A stretch of 32,000 nucleotides of DNA from an uncultured Sterolibacterium sp. (GTDB taxonomy: Bacteria; Pseudomonadota; Gammaproteobacteria; Burkholderiales; Rhodocyclaceae), in NCBI GenBank assembly GCA_903832735.1, contig CAILCO010000065.1, forward strand, positions 1,350-33,349, written 5' to 3'. Within the stretch, counting starts at the first letter, position 1, and each line of letters begins with the position of its first letter. The notes below the pieces were generated by a model. The model made no database searches and was not told where the DNA came from. It saw only the letters and a program-made list of their open reading frames with translations. Positions 31,325 through 32,000 of this stretch are shown piece by piece. A program made the translations under genes and the position numbers.

Positions 31325-32000
31325 ATGACCAAGTTCAGGCAGGCGTTCGCCGCGCTTTCGTTGACGGCATTGTTGGCCGGCGGCGCTCTGGCGCAAACCG
31401 CTGCGGATCTCAGGAACGATCAAAACACGCCGGAGGACGTGCTGGTCTACGGCATGGGCTATGCCGGGCAGCGCTACAGTCCGCTGACCAGAATCAACAA
31501 GGGCAACGTCAAGAAGCTGGTCCCGATGTGGTCCTATGCGATCACCGACAATCGCGGCGCCGAGGCTTTCCCGGTGATCAAGGACGGCGTGATCTATACG
31601 ACATCGCACAACGCCACGATGGCGGTCGATGCCATGACCGGCAAACAGATCTGGCGCACCAATCACGAGTATCCGCCGGAGACACTGCGCGTCGTCTGCT
31701 GCGGCATCGTGAACCGCGGCGTCGCCATCTACGAGGGCAAGATCATCCGCGCCGTGCTCGACAATCACATCGTCGCGATGGATGCCAAGACCGGCAAGGA
31801 GATCTGGAACACCGCCTCGCCCGAGCCTGCGACCATCGCCAACGGTTATTCGATGACCAGCGCGCCGTTGATCGTCAACGGCGTGGTCATCGTCGGCGTC
31901 GCCGGCGCGGAATACAGCCATCGCGGTTTCGTCGAAGCCTACGACGTGAATACCGGCAAGCAGCTGTGGCGCTTGTATACGATACCGGCCGCAGGCGAGC
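31325..32000 (+). CDS. PQQ-dependent alcohol/methanol dehydrogenase (quinoprotein, MxaF/XoxF/ExaA family), 3'-partial. Not in the ORF track because it runs off the window.
   Basis: My translation from the ATG at 31325 (GGGGAGGGG RBS): MTKFRQAFAALSLTALLAGGALAQTAADLRNDQNTPEDVLVYGMGYAGQRYSPL...VVCCGIVNRGVAIYEGK...VGVAGAEYSHRGFVEAYDVNTGKQLWRLY. It has a signal peptide, the vicinal Cys-Cys pair typical of these quinoproteins, and propeller W-motifs. Confidence 0.9.
   Translation, partial: MTKFRQAFAALSLTALLAGGALAQTAADLRNDQNTPEDVLVYGMGYAGQRYSPLTRINKGNVKKLVPMWSYAITDNRGAEAFPVIKDGVIYTTSHNATMAVDAMTGKQIWRTNHEYPPETLRVVCCGIVNRGVAIYEGKIIRAVLDNHIVAMDAKTGKEIWNTASPEPATIANGYSMTSAPLIVNGVVIVGVAGAEYSHRGFVEAYDVNTGKQLWRLYTIPAAGE

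Noticed and set aside
1-32000. Scan for CRISPR arrays, IS elements, toxin-antitoxin pairs, restriction-modification or other recognisable phage-defence genes.
   Set aside because: I saw no regularly spaced direct repeats, no transposase, integrase or recombinase-like ORFs, and no nuclease, methylase or helicase signatures. The window is dominated by metabolic, transport and signalling genes.

Overview
GC-rich, tightly packed chromosomal segment, probably from a Betaproteobacterium: it has several Bug/TctC-type solute receptors and long GC-driven antisense shadow ORFs. I support 28 CDS, two of them truncated by the window edges. There is one RNA locus and a few hairpins and promoter-like motifs. 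I saw no transposase, integrase, CRISPR array or rRNA.

Gene order, left to right:
- A hybrid sensor kinase (5' partial), a Bug receptor and an isopropylmalate/tartrate-dehydrogenase-family enzyme.
- A Tat-signal amidohydrolase_2 on the minus strand, an Old-Yellow-Enzyme reductase, and a second Bug receptor on the minus strand.
- A small DUF3563-like protein next to a roughly 190-bp AT-rich patch.
- A tRNA-Leu(UAA) gene interrupted by a 214-nt group I intron.
- A PagP-like outer-membrane protein.
- An ExeA-like ATPase followed by a PNPOx-like protein.
- An 11-gene plus-strand operon (10715-23320): NIPSNAP, a three-subunit CoxMSL-like molybdenum hydroxylase, an ACMSD-type amidohydrolase_2 decarboxylase, UbiD paralog 1, CoxG, a PcaD-like alpha/beta hydrolase, an orphan solute-binding protein, UbiD paralog 2 and an MFS transporter.
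- A LysR regulator divergent from an NMT1-type ABC transporter.
- A TonB-dependent receptor followed by a response regulator-TPR protein on the minus strand.
- The 5' part of a PQQ-dependent alcohol/methanol dehydrogenase.

The two most notable items:
1. The intron-containing tRNA-Leu(UAA). The insertion site (U34/A35) and the core sequence match the classic cyanobacterial/plastid trnL intron, but here in a GC-rich proteobacterial context.
2. The oxygenase-free hydroxylase plus triple-decarboxylase operon. Its substrate cannot be assigned from sequence.
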